Positions 14,101-29,100 of a stretch of DNA of 64,000 nt are shown here, piece by piece. Position numbers and translations under genes: made by a program. The number at the start of each line of letters is the position of its first letter. The stretch's first letter is position 1. The notes under the pieces are model-generated. The model searched no databases. It had not been told where the DNA came from and saw only the letters and a program-made list of their open reading frames with translations. This DNA is from Balanoglossus misakiensis (taxonomy: Eukaryota; Animalia; Hemichordata): assembly GCA_040954595.2 (NCBI GenBank), contig CM082598.2:9749097-9813096 (forward strand), read 5' to 3'.

Positions 14101-17100
14101 AATTTGTGCTACCGGTAGTAGGCCTAGCCAGATAAACGAAAACGATCGTCCAGCCAGCTAGCTACAAATGAACACTGTTGTTACAGAGAGCTCGATTGCT
14201 CTGACGGCTTCGACGCTCGATTCGGGTCTTTGTGTTATTTATATTGACTGTGCCTTCAACCGCCTGTGATTGGACTCGCCGACAGCAACACAGCCGTAAC
14301 ACGCGGCCGACCTGGCTAGCTAGTGACGGGTACAATTTCTCTACCCAACTTGAGAAGGGTTCCGCTGCCCGAAATATACGTAGATCAAACTTTAGCCCGC
14401 CGGTCATCGAGTTTACTGATCAACAGAAATACACAAAACCAAAAATCGTCCAGAGAGATGGAGGGGCTGCAAACTGCAGCAAGCGTCCGATTAGCGCCTC
14501 AGTTTACACAAGCGTTTGATTGACAGTGCGTTTGGATTCTCAACCGCTGAAATTGTGGGCTCGACTCTCCACCGTCGACGCCAAGAAATGCTGAAAATCG
14601 CCCCTGTCTGGGGAATTTACGCCATAAATCGGTATGCATTGTGAAGGATTTTGCGGTCGAAAACTTCGGAAAATCATGCATTCTCGGGAGCGTGTGTCCG
14701 CGTGTTGCCTCCTTCAGAGTAAATTATACAATGAACGCCGCCATTTGGCTACCCCTATTTATAGGGAAGCTCCGCCTTTAAACAAAGACAAGAATTTGCC
14801 TTTTCAAAAATCTGTGACGCTTATTCATTGATCGCCCCGGGCCCCGTTTACCCTACAGATAACCCATATGCAAATGATTTAGGACGTTCAATCAGTGTTC
14901 TCGTAAGGGGGTGTCCGCAGTGAATGAATGGCTGTTTCAAATTCATATGAAAAGTTTTAACATGTTTTATTCAAATACAGTCAGTTCAGCGTATTGTCTA
15001 ATCAATATTCCAGAAATAAAATGTTGTCAACGAAGTGAATACTACGAGCAGCATTACAGTATGCTCGCTGAACTATCAGTATCAGCAAAATCAACTGACG
15101 TATAGTGGTTTAGTCCAAGTGCGTCTTTGTCATGCTCTCACACATGTAAGGTCAGGCAAGGTTTCGTGAATACTCAGGTTGCGTGAATATTCATGAGAAA
15201 CTTATAACCGCAAACATTCACAACTTGAAACTAGTCCTATTACACAGTGTATTTCAAAGCCCTGGCCATATGGTCAAACTTGGGTGGTAGTGCCGGTAAC
15301 GTAAGCGGCCGCCGATCGATCGACAGGAAAAAGACGAGTGTCTAGACGCCCGGCACCTGTGTCTAATGGCTTTTGCAGTGAATAAAAATTTGCATAAATT
15401 AGGAGGTTGACATGTGCCAGATTTCATCTTGTAAATAAAAACACTGTAGCACATGGGCCAAAAGCATGCATTGTCTGCTAAGGTCAATTCCCCCGTTGAT
15501 TTTGACAAGATCCCTAAACAGGTGTTACCTAGTTAGTGCTTGCCATGATTCACGTACGTCCTAACACCTCGAACAGAAAAAAATCCCTGCCGCTTTATTT
15601 TCAGTAAAAAGCAACTGAGACAATGGAAAAGACGTAGACCCATCAATTATGGGCAGTTAAGACAATGGAAAAGACTTATATGGGCAGTTGAGACAATGGC
15701 AAAGAAAATAACAATAATTCTTTCATATGAGCATTTTCAAACATTGTCTACCTTGTGGGCTTGAAAAAACATTTACACAACTGCAAAATTTACAGTTTTG
15801 CTGAGACACAAGAAGTCCGACAATTCCCACTCCAAGCCAGGTGGTGGATATTTGCACATGGGTCTACTGGTGTGTTGAATAATATGAGGTCTTTGATGAA
15901 TGGTTATTTCATCTTTTGTCAGTAAAGGGAACATAACTAGTATAACTAGAAATCTTTATTGAGACTTGTCGAGTGGACGGTGACAAAATAAAAAAAAAAA
16001 TATTTTGAAGCTTATTTATCCTTTCCTTCCTCTTACAAATGAATTTTAAATCAGAAGTATATTTAGAGCAACCCCTAGTCTTGCTCCAAGACTGTGTGAT
16101 ACTGAAATGCGTTGTGTATAGAATGTCCAGTGGACGTGACGCTAATCACACATCCCCATAAGCAAACTGGTGGGGTGGGGGGGGGGGGGGTTGAAGGTTA
16201 TTGTAATAAAAAATTAATTGAACTAACATTAAATATTTTTCTCTAATATTTACAGGTGCTTTTCGTGAGCTAGTTGACATCAACTTTATCTGTGCCATGG
16301 GTCCTCCTGGTGGCGGGCGTAACCCAATTACAGCACGTCTGAGTAGACATTTCAACTTTCTGGCATTCTGTGAAATGGAAGATAGCAGCAAGTTTAGAAT
16401 CTTCTCCAAAATTCTGGACAGCTGGCTAGGTAAAGTAAACAGTTTCAATGTGTTTATCTTCAGGTGTATTGAATGCAGGGCTTTGAAATTTTACAATGGA
16501 CTTTCTCTTACAAATTGTTTTATTTGTCAAGAATTTTAAAGTCAAGCCCCTATACTTTCCAAATTTGACATATTTTTTTCCACAGCAAGTACTTCAGTTT
16601 GTCATCTCTTGGTGACACATATTTCTATTAAACTTAGAAATAGTCAAGATCAGTGTTTCTTTTCAAACTGCATCTGCACCCGTTCTTACCGTAATCAATC
16701 CTTTGGTTCGACCAGGAAAAAATAATTATTCTTTACAAAACGACGAAACAATGGGGGTAAAAATGAGTCAAAGTGCCAGAACCCCCCCCCCCCCACCCTG
16801 ACATTTATGCAAATTAGGTTCAAATAGGCTTCATGGTGCAATCATAGACCCTAGAGAAAGAAGGACGCGCAACTGCGGCAAAGATCAAAGGGTTTGGGGA
16901 TTATCTGTATGAGGATGTTCTTTTGCATATAATTAACACCTACAACAGTGGCACGCGTGAATCTCCACTTTGGCACGCGTCGATGTCATTAGCATATCAT
17001 TAACATATCACCAAAAAATAAACGCAACTCTGTGATGCGCGACAGTAACCAAAACTGGCACTCCTATATTTCAGCAGCCACTGCGTTTTTTTTCTAAAAT

Positions 17101-20100
17101 TCAAAAAGTATTACGTTGTCTGTGCTATATATTATGGTTTGGTGTTCGTCTGTCGGTTGAACGGTCATTTCTAGTGCCACAAGCTTCATTTAAAAATTGT
17201 AAACAAATCATCCATGTTTTTTGCATGTCCGACTGGGCACTCATACTTCTCGGTAATGCTGACACTTTTCGTAATAATTTTATGTTTGCGTGAAGCATTG
17301 AAACAAAAATTGTGGTTTAGGGGCATTTTATTTCGCAGTGCGTGAACAATAAATGAGATTTCACGAAAACAATTTGTAAACAAACTGGGTGGATTTTCAC
17401 GTGTGCGCTATGGCCGCCATCTTGGTTTTTCATGGTTGACGACGGCAGGCAACCCTAGGTACGGTTAGCTCACAGCCTTGTCAAATACTGACTCTGTTAG
17501 ACAAAAGATGCTTGATTTGGACGCTGTCAGACTCAGAAGTGCCAAATTCATGTTTAACTTGTCCAGATGTGTTCCATAAATGATCGCTGCAGTTCAACCG
17601 CGTTGCAGTTTTCTTGTCTCCTGCGAGATGTTTGTGATAACTTCACGCAAAATGCGAGACTTTGCGTTAGTTTATACATACTAGTAGTTTATTTGCAAAT
17701 TGGATTATTGGGGATTATCCGGAAATAATGTATGCAAAAGAACATCGTTTCAAGAAAAACCTGGAGTTGCGCGTCCTTCTTTCTCTAGGGTCTATGGTGC
17801 AATTGAAAATCAACAACACATTTCGCCAACTTGTCCCATTTGTTGTCCCACATCAAATGAATGGAATTAAGATCCGAGAAAATCCACACTTTTCCAGTTT
17901 TTGCACAGTCATCCTAAAGTATAAGCGCTACTACAGTACCGCCTGTGAGTCTTACAGCTTTGAAACCAGTGCCTAATATAAAAGCATGTGGGAACACGCT
18001 ATGAGTTGGTCCCTTGGGACAAAGACGTTTTTAATTTATTCACGCACAGGGATGTATTTTAGTCAGACAATGGCAAGCCCTAGTTGCCTAGCAATTATCA
18101 CCATGAACTTTGCTAAAAGTTTCACTAACACTTCCACTGGGCGTCTCAATTTTTTCAGCAGAGCCCCAGCTGCAGTAAGTTCCGACTCCCTCAAGGTTTT
18201 GCCTATAGGCTTTGGGGCTCCTCATTTTACTGATGACCATCAGCAACAAGGCACATTGACCGTTGACTAAGCAAGGTGCTAAACATCGCTCTTTTCAGAG
18301 GGGTAATTTTACATGCAAGCTCATTAGAAACTGCCACTTGTATCCCCTCAGCCCCCCCTAACCCTAACCCTAACCCTAACCCCCCCCCCCCCCCCCCCCC
18401 GTTATAAAATGACCTCTTTCCTTAATTAACTATTCACGCCTGATTTGAGGTCAGACAAGGGTCATTATCCATTCATGGCTGTTTGAGCTCAGGCCAAGGG
18501 GAAAACAGGTCATGCGTTTACCCACTAGGCGAAATTGTAGGGGTTGTAAAATAATTAATTATCGGAAAAATAGTGGATGGCCGAACTATTGGTGTGGATG
18601 AACCGAAGGATTGATTACGGTATTAACAGTTTTTAACTTGTTTATTATTTTAAAGGAAAAGTTCGGATCCGCCTAAAACCACATTGCATTGGTACCTAGT
18701 TAAGTTGTCCTCAAATTTTGATGTGCAATGCACGCGTCTGTGAAATTGGCGCATAAAAGAATTGTATACCAGGACAAAATTAAAAACTCGATCCCTGTGC
18801 AGCCATCTTGGCAACTGCATGCTGGGAAAGTACCCGGATGATGATGAAAAAGTTTCGGGGTTCTGTGTAGTGCTAAGGGGTCCTTATAGAAACTTTTCAC
18901 TATGGTCCACTGTCAACTATATATGAAACGAAGACATCTGGAACAGAAGACTATCTATGCCATTAAACATGCTCACCTGTAAATACTAAGGTTGCATTAA
19001 CGATAGTGAACGAGACACAAACTTTAAACTGATAAGGTCTTCTACATAATATTACAGCTTAGCAAATAATGGTTCGATTTCAAGGACGACAACATCGACT
19101 GTAAGAATATTCGTTTTTAGAGAAGGAAGCCATATTAATTCAGTTTTATTCCAGTTTACGACCACTATCACTCACCAACTGTGTTACGATGCATAATTAG
19201 GGCCCAAGCGCGCGCAAGCGCTTGGGCCCTATTGGTTTCGTTGGAATTTTTCTTTCTTTCTTTATTCTTGTGTCAATTCTTCGGCCAACTAAATCTCTGA
19301 AACTACTGCAGGTACACTGCTCAAACTTGCTACAGTGGTCAAGGTCAATGAGTAGATGTGCAGTGACTTGTGAATACTTAATTAGTCACGTGACCTGGCG
19401 GCCATATTGGATTTTCTGAAAAAATGTAAATGACTTCTTCTCAAAAACTACAAGGCAAATCAAGTTCAAATTTGGTACATAGTACACATGGCCTCTGCCC
19501 TACAAAGTTTGATAATAAAATCTCGAGCGGTCACGTGACTTTGGCCGCCATATTGGATTTTCGAAAAATCCAACTAAAACTTCAAAAATCTTCTTCTCAA
19601 GAACCGGTGATAACCGAGTCACGGGATTTGGGGTATGTGGTCACCTAACTGATGTCTATCAAGTTTGATAAGAAGCATTGTGATTGGTCGAAGATTATGG
19701 CGGCCATATTGGATTTTCGAAAAACCATAGTAAAACTGCAAAAATCTTCTTCTCCAGAACGGGCAATAACTGAGTCGCAAGATTCGGGTAGTATGGACAC
19801 CAAACTGATGTCTATCAAGTTTGCAAAGAGCATTGTGATTGGTCGAAAAATATGGCAGCCATATTGGATTTTGTAAAAAGCAGTGAAAAATTAAAATTTC
19901 TTTTTCTAGTCTAAAAATTGATAGCATAGAAATTCTTTTTATGGATATCAATCGTCATGTGACTAAAATATGTTACAAATTTTTGTCGATTTTTCACATG
20001 ACCTTTGACCTACTTTTCACACATTATTATTTCTGCATATCTATTTCCAGGCTAACCTATAGGGCTAGTCATTTGGTTTATGATGCATGTGGAATTGTGT

Positions 20101-23100
20101 GTGATCAAAATATTTTGCTACTTTTAATGACCCCTTTGACCTCTGCTGACCTCATTAATTATGTACATAGCTAATTACAGGCGAACCAATAGAGCTAGAG
20201 ATTTGGTTTTTGTTGGACATGGACCAATATGGGGTCAAAATTTGTTGCCCAAATGGTGACCTTTGACCTACTTTCGCATATCTCAGCATCCAGCGCAGAT
20301 ACAGCCTTGGCATTTGGCAGGATGGGACCAAAATGTAAAGCCACATTTTTCAGTCACCTGTGACACCTGCTGACCTCATTAAATATGCACATACCTAATT
20401 AAAGGCGAACCAATAGAACTAGAGTTTTGGTTTTTGTTGGACATGGAACAGTATGGGTCAAAATATTTTGCCCAAATGTCGGGTGACCTCAGGTGACCTT
20501 TGACGTACTTTACTCTATTTCAGCAGGAAAAATACAAACGTCCTTGTTATGTCATGAGATAAAACACCCGATAGAGCATTCTGTTTCTTCTCATTCATAC
20601 TGTGCATATATAACACCGGATCAGCGCTTGGGCCCGACAATGCTGCTTGCAGCTTTAATTTGCTTTGTTCTGGTCAGTGTCTTTGAAGTTTAAATAACCC
20701 TTTTGTCTACAAAAGTGGAATTACCACCACCCTTTCCATGCGTCTGTATCGACGACATAGCTCATATGGCTTCGAATTTTCTTGCATGACAAACAAGGCT
20801 TGGTAGTGGTATGAATACAAGTCCTGAAAACTCATTGCGGAGTAATGTACTACACTGAAAATGACGATTCGGTGTAAAGAAAAATATAACCAATGTAGTG
20901 AAACTTGTCGTTAGAAATCTTTTCATATAGATATGTCAGTTGGCTAATTCACTTTTCAAGCTGGCGTGATAAACTCGATCACACGACCAGCAAAATGTAA
21001 ACAAAACCTGTAAACAAAATCGACATGCTAAAATAGTAAAGAACGAATAAAGCTATCACTATTTATACCAATAGTGATATTCATGTCAAGGGAAAATTAG
21101 ACTGCGCTGCAAAAGTTTCGTTGAGAAAAGGAACATTTGGCCTATTTTCCGTTCAAAAAAGTGCACTCAATTATCGACCTAGTTTTCAAGATGGCGTCTT
21201 CCAAGAAACATGTACATTAGTTGACCGATTCGATTGTACTTTGTAGTGCGTGATATGAAATGTCGCTCAAAACATTTAGCTAACTGTCCATCGCATGATC
21301 TAAACAAGTACTGATTATATATCAATTCTGCTAAATACGTTGGTTTTGATGTGTTTTCCTGAGCGAATTCACAATGCGAGTATGAGTAAAAATTGTGCCA
21401 GTAAATCAAAACAAAAACGCATCAATTGTCGAATGAGTAGGCGATTTGAAAAGCAATGCGACATATAAACCACGCACCACGAGCCTTGCCAGTTGAAAAT
21501 GATTACAGCCTTTGTGCATGGAAAACTTGAGTAAAACTCATCGTTGAAACATTAAACCAGAAAAGAATTTTGCTCATAGGTAAATGTTGTTGCTTGTGGA
21601 AAAGAAAATGTTACGGAAAATGACCCAAAACACACTTTTTAAATGATTGAAAATAACACTTGGCGAAAGCTATACGTATTTCATAAGGAATTCTGTGTTG
21701 AAATATATTTGAAGGAAAAGGACACGCGGTGAAAAATGGCACTACATTTATTATATGACGATCGAGTACAGGCTATGCATGCTCAAAATGCTACCCACCC
21801 AGTACTGGCAGTAGTGATCGTGGGTGATCTCGTATCCCGCGTTTTGCAATTGCCCTGGTCTCCAGATTGGTCGAGAGCACGACAGTCAGTACATGTAGCG
21901 CAGCCAGCGGTGGAATTGGGGCAGGGAACCAGACTAGAAACTTCCTTGTCATACAAAGGTGAAAACTTGCCAGAGAATGACGTTAGAGGGCGCTATAATT
22001 AGGGAAAATGGCGCAACACTTATTTATTTCGAAAAGCTCTCCTCATTAAATGTGTGATGCTATCATTAAATTTTACGAAAGATTAGCAAGAGAGGTAACT
22101 AATTTCAACACAAAAGGCAAATTTAGGCGGATCCGAACCTGCCCTTTAATTAATTAATATGCTATTGCATGGATTTTGAGCGTGTAGTATTATTTGTATA
22201 TCTGTGATGATATATCCTTTTATCAAATACATAGCTCCACATATTACCATAGTATGACGTCAGAGGGATGATAATATGGATCAAGCGTTATTGTTATTAC
22301 CTGCATCCCTCTGATGTCACCAACCGTAACTATTTTAAACTTGTAAAGAAAGTCCAATTCGGATGGCAAAATTCAGTGCAAGTGTTGGTTTTATTTCGAT
22401 TAGTCTTCCCCGTGTACATTTGTTATCGCACCAACCCGCACCCGCAAAACTGTCGCAAGGTTGGCAGTGCTGGGCCAATGTCGCCGCATATCGCCGACCG
22501 AGTGACAGGTACAGAACTGAGAACTTTATGATAAACCAGCACAGTCCAACTCCATTAAATCACCAAGTAATGCGGTTAAACAATTGAAGTTTTTGGAAGC
22601 AACAGAGGAAAATTTTGACGTCAAGCTTTTCATTTTAACCACCGGAAACTGGTGACCAGACAGCGCGTGCGACGGTATTTTATCAAATTACTTGAGGGAC
22701 TGTGATCAAATGTACAAACCGAACAACGTATCGACCGTATGCGATACATGCCGGATGAGAGTATTGCAAAATCCTATGGTGTGATTACAGCAAAACAGTC
22801 TGTCACCTTCTGATCTGAAAGGAAAAGGCAACAGAAGCTAAGCCTGCGTTAGATGGGTCCTCGCCAAAACTAGAATCATCCAGTTCGTGACCCGAGTCAC
22901 CTGACAGATAGTTCCAAAATTTATCGTAACCACAAAGAGTTTTATTTGAAAATCAAAATTAGCAGATCTATGTATGTGATAAAAATATAATTCCCCCATA
23001 TTCCTCACTGGTGTTCCAGCATCACGAACCCATGATTCCCCGTATAGCTGTATCCCTCCTCGCCTGCGGTTCAGAGGGATTACGGCCGCTATATGGGGAA

Positions 23101-26100
23101 TCACTCATCCGCGACGCTGGCAAACTCGTCCGAAATATGGGGAATTAAAAATAATATATCCATATCATTGCATGATGTGCTTGTCTTTGGCAAGTGATTT
23201 TGACTGATCTCACCTTGTTTCGCTGTGTTATGAGTTAACCACATTGTGGTTAAACTGAACACCAGCTCCTTGTAATATTTCATCCCGTGACAATAGCTTA
23301 ATACACTGATAAATGCATGGCATCTTGATGCAAAAGAAGTAATGGCCCTATGGGTGACATCATGGTATCACTTGATGGTTTGGGTTATTTGATTGGTGGC
23401 GGTTATAGATGACGTATTAGTCAGGATGTGGGTCTGTATTAGGCCTACAGGCTCCGGTACCAAAGAATGTATCACAATTGCGTTCATTTTTGGGTAATAT
23501 GGTACAGTACTACCATCAGTTTTTACCGAATTTAGCTACTACATTGCAGCCTTTGCATGAGTTGTTAAAGAAAGGTGTTCTTTGGAAATGGAGCGATAAA
23601 TGTCAAAAAGCGTATGAGACATGTAAAGCAAACTTGACTAGTGAGACCTTGTTGGTATGATCAGAGTAAGAAATTGAAGATTGATTGTGATACTTCAAGT
23701 TATGCGGTTGGAGCACTGCAGTTCTCTCACATGTGTTCGAAAATGGTGATGAACGAGGATGTATTCTCTGGGGTCTCAGGGTTGTCATACCAAGGAAATT
23801 TCGAGAGAAATTGCTGGATGAACTTCATTGGGAACATCCAGGAATATGTGCAATGAAAGCACTGGCACGCAGTCATGTGTGGTGGCCAGGAATTGATTCT
23901 GATATTGAATCCAAGGTCAAAGCTTGTTCAGTATTTCAGAGAGCAAGACCATACACCCAGTAAATTACCATTACATCCATGGGTTTGGCCAATGAGACAT
24001 TTTCAGAGGGTGCATATTGATTTCTGTGAAGATAAGACATCATATTATCTTATTCTTGTTGATTGTCATTCTAAATGGGTTGATGTGAAGCCAATGAAAA
24101 GCATAACAGCAGAGCGTACAATTGATGAGTTAAGGCTCATATTTGCTGAACACGGTCTTCCTGAACAGTTAGTTTCAGATAATGGCCCACAATTCACTTC
24201 TGCTGAATTTGACATATTCATGAAAAGAAATGGTATTCATCATACTAAAGTAGCTCCATATCATCCTGCATCTAATGGTGCTGCTGAAAGAGCAGTTAAA
24301 CTTGTGAAAGAAAGTTTCACTAAGCAAGTTTTAGCTGGTGGATCATCTATGTCTTTGAAACTTAGAATAGCTATTTTTCTATTGAGGTATAGAACCACAC
24401 CTCATAGCACAACAGGTGTTGGTCCAGCTGAATTGATGTGTAAAAGACAGCTTCGTACCAGATTGAGTTTGGTAAAACCTTGTTTGGCTAAAAAGGTTGA
24501 AAAGAAACAGGAAGCACATAAAGAGCAATTCGATCGTTCTAGAAAACAAGAGCGATACTTTGAAATAGGTGATGTGGTTAGAGTGAAAAATCCTAGACCA
24601 CAGTCCAAATATGACAAATGGTTATTGGGGTCGATCATTGAAGTCAAAGGTCCTCGAAATTACATTGTGAAAATAGGATCCATGACTAAACTAGTTCATG
24701 CTGATCATATGTTGAAAACCATGGAAGAGTTTCAAACTGAGTTGCCTATGACCGAGTTCAATGATTCAGTTTTGACTAATCTTGATATCTGTGGAAGACC
24801 AGTAACTGAAATGTTCAGTACAATTCCTGTTCAGAATTCTTGTAAACCACAACCAGTGGAAAATACTGATGTGAAAGTTGCTAGTGATTCTGGCCAAGCT
24901 ACACAAAGTCAGAATACACAAGTGAAACCTGGAAATATTGCAGAACCTGTAAGGAGATCAGACAGAGTCAGAAAACCTGTTGTGAAACTGAATTTGTAAT
25001 TTCAGTGGTTTTGTTGTTAACAAAGATGTTTTGTTTACAAGTTGACATTTGTTGAAGTTTGTCAAGCCACCCAATTTCTTTTAAAGGGAAGGCAGTGTAA
25101 TATATGCATGTATTCATGATGACGTAGTGTGTGCATGCGTAATAATAAACTGTACTACAGGTCTCCTGAAGTTGAATGAACAACTGTCTGCTGTGTCCTC
25201 TTGTGCTCTCCTTGAATATATCCCAGATATATTACAGTGACTGTGATATATTACTCATATACCACAGTCATATATCACACAAAACTCACAGTCAAAGAAA
25301 ATTCCTTTTTTAAAATGTTTTATGCAAAGTTTCAATATACTGGTATAATATAATAGCAATAAAACACCCCCAGCCATGGTATACTTAAGCAATAAAACAC
25401 CCCCAGCCATGGTATACCACGAGATTTTGACCAGTTCACGACATATATGCACGAGCGATAGCGAGTACATATACGCACAAGCGATAGCGAGTGCGTATAT
25501 GGAGTTGAACTGGTCAAAATCGAGTGGAAGGTGCTGTGTATTGCTTGGAGCGGGTGCCTTATAATTGCTGAAGGGGAATGTTGTGTATTTATTTTTACTA
25601 GGAATGTTTTTGCAATGTTTCATACAGGATCATGGGTGGCATCAACGGGGGGGGGGGGGGGGGGGGGATATTTCCCCCTATGCCAGAATATTTGAGGGGG
25701 GGATTCCACTCTGGCAAGGGGGGAGTGTAATATCTCCAACATGTGAATGACATCAGGGGCACTGGTACCCCCTTGGCAAAGTGCTACTGCTAGGGGGTCC
25801 CAACATGTCAACAGTATATGAAACTTGATAAGGAACAAATTCACAAGATCAGTGTACACAGTTATAGAAACATTACTGAAACAGTAACTTGTGGTATTGG
25901 ACAGCATTTTGGTGTACAGTTTTGATCAATAATAACAGGTGCATGGGGTGTGTTTAAAATGTTGCTACTTTGGTCAGTTTCAGACATCAAATATAAAGTT
26001 TTCAGCAAATAAGACACATTTTCATAAAACTTATCAATATTTAAATGCTAGCTTCTGGCTTGTGTCCTAAATCATACTGAGTTGATATTTTTGTTGAATA

Positions 26101-29100
26101 TGTTGACACATTTTTAAAAGTACATTATATGTCATTGAAATTTGACCAAAATACTGGCATACCATATCTGATTTTTTGTTTTGTTTAATAATTTATGATG
26201 ATCTGCATTGCAGAGAACTTGCGTATCAGTGGAAGAAGTCTCCCCCAGTCTGACGATGCATCAGGTTACTCTCTTAAAGGTACATGAGCTGCAACTGGAT
26301 AAAACATTAAAGTTTTAAATAATCTCATATGCTTTTAATTATGTCTATTAAATGATATTTCATGATAATATATCAAGATCAACACTTATTTATGACAAAA
26401 TGGCCAAAAATTAAAGAAAAACGAAAATTCCTGCAATTTAAAAAAAAGTGCAATATTGCAATGAAAAATGAAAATCTGATGTCTCAGTGGTGTACATTTA
26501 CTTCCATGAGCTCAAGTGGATGAGATCATGTTTTGTTTATGAAGTTTCATAGCCGGAAATGCAACATTTTCATTGTTTCTTGCATTTTCCCACGATGGCG
26601 GCCATAATCGCTTGCGGCAAAGCTTTATTATTTATCTGGTTAAAACTTGCATATGCACTCATATTTAGGGTTTATAATGCTTGTGTATAGTTCACTGCCT
26701 TTATCTGCATGGACAGTTTACAGGTAGTACAGTTTGAAACAAAAATTATGAAAATTATCCCAAAAGTTGCAGCTTACGTACCTTTAATCTGAATGTCATG
26801 ATTGGTGTTAGTTTCATTATCATGTAAAGAAACCCCATAATAGAGTGGTCTGTGTGTGTCTGTGTGAGACACATGCATTAAATGTCACTTAATTCCAAAA
26901 CACTGTGTTGGGATCTAAAGGTTATTTTGTGCTTGTGTTATGATTGAGACATGCAACATCATTCTGATATACCACGTGTGTGGAGTGACCGTGGATATAC
27001 TTACCAATTCAAGCATAACAGATTTTTTTTAAAGTTACCGATTGTGGGACTTAATTTAAACCCATTCTTAGTACATCACTTAATATCACATCCACTTCCA
27101 TTGAGTGTTTGATAGAGTTTTTAATAATGTAAACATTGTGAAAACAAAGTTTAAAGCTTTATATTTTATCACCACATTTTCTTTTTCTTAGTGTGTAAAA
27201 CACCCCATGTCATCATAATTACAGGGTTTTCTACTATACCTACTACACACATATTGACTGACCATAAGGGTGACAGCATATGTTTGTTTCCCACAGGGAC
27301 TGTGAGTCGCTCCAGAGGAAACAGACTGTGGTGGGGCGACTCACAGGCATGAGGGGACATAAACGTATGCTGTTACCCGAATGTATGGCCAATCAATATG
27401 TGTTTTATAACACACCTCATCCGACAGTAGCGCAAATCGTAATAATTTTAAGTTGGCCTTGCAAGGCCAATTGCAGAGACATTGCCATCTGAAAGTGAAG
27501 CAGTCATCATGCCGCGTTTGTTTGTTTATAAACATTACAATTCATCCATAAATCCCTGAAATTAGATAATTCTTAGAATGAACATAGCAGCCAACCGTAG
27601 CGACGTAGACTAGGCATGACACCAACTGAAGATTCTAGTAGGTCGTGGCGACTGCAGTGGGGTTTGCTCTGGTATGGGAGGACAAGTTCTCATCAAGGGG
27701 GTCACCCACCCGGTGCGTCAACCCCTTCCCTTTTAGATTTTATTGGAGTACACAAGAGTAGATGGTGCTCTCCAACTTAGCCTGGCAACAGTTTTCAGAA
27801 CTGTTGACTGAGCAAAAGTTCAACAACTGTTAATCGGCAACTCTTCTTTGTATGGTATGTAACACAACAGTCCCAAATTGACACACCCCACATGTCTGCA
27901 CATTGGTGAATCACAACGAAGAGAAGGGATGAGATGTGTTATAAATGTTTATTGGTTCATGTGTGTAATCCACGCTTCATGCTTTGACATGACATATTCA
28001 TTATTTCAATTCTGTGTGTCTCTGATGTTCCTACATGTATCTTTGTCAGTTCTCCCCATCTCTGAGGCCAAATAAAAAAATATCTGCTGTTCCAATTAAC
28101 CCGACCTACCCTAATTTTAGCCCGCCGGCCCTAAACTTTATAGAGCTTCAAAAACCAGAAGTAAAAATAACGATGTCTAATATACAAAATTTATGAAAAT
28201 TGTGAGAATCACGCAAGAACTATGACATCATTCTTCTACACTACAGGGGCCGAGGATTTAAAAGAAAAATGCAAAATAAAAAAAATTTCCCTACCTACCT
28301 ATCCTATTTTTGAAAACAATGTAATCGGAACAGCACATATTGTTTTATTTGGCCTAATGCTGTGTGAAATCTGTCTTTGAATATGATCTTTGCATCTAAT
28401 AGAAATGTCTGCTTTTCTTACTAAACCAGAAACGGCTGCATCAGTGAAACAATATGGCGAGACCCTGGTGAATGCTACAATCTCACTGTACAACACCATC
28501 ACAACACAACTATTACCAACACCAGCTAAGAGTCATTATACTTTCAATCTAAGAGATCTGAGCAAAGTCTTTCAAGGAATGCTTATGGCTGAAGCCAATA
28601 AGATTGAAAGCATCCAACAAATGCTGAGACTCTGGTACCATGAGAATTCTCGTGTCTTCCATGACCGTCTCATCAATGATGAGGATCGTAATTGGTTCAC
28701 TGGCATCATGAAAGAGAAGATTGAGGGTGAATTCAAAGCCAACTTTGAAGATGTGGTTGTAAGGAAACCATTGTTGTACGGTGATTTCATGATTCCAAAT
28801 TCAGAGAATAAACTGTACCAGGAAATTGAAGATCTGCCCAAGGTTAGTGAAACTGCCCTTATTTGTATTTGAGCATTGTATTAGAAGTAGAGTTTAGGTT
28901 TCAACATGACTTAAGGATGTACTCGCAGAACATAAACTGATGAACAGTGCATGTGTCTCTTTTCCATAGGATTACATTGATAATTGCTAGAAAATAAACT
29001 TCTACTATTGTCATTTTCACGAAATTTTACTCAAAGCTCAGTCAAGTAAATATAAAGTCATTTATAGTCAAATAAAATCATGTAGTCACCGCGCTCTATT

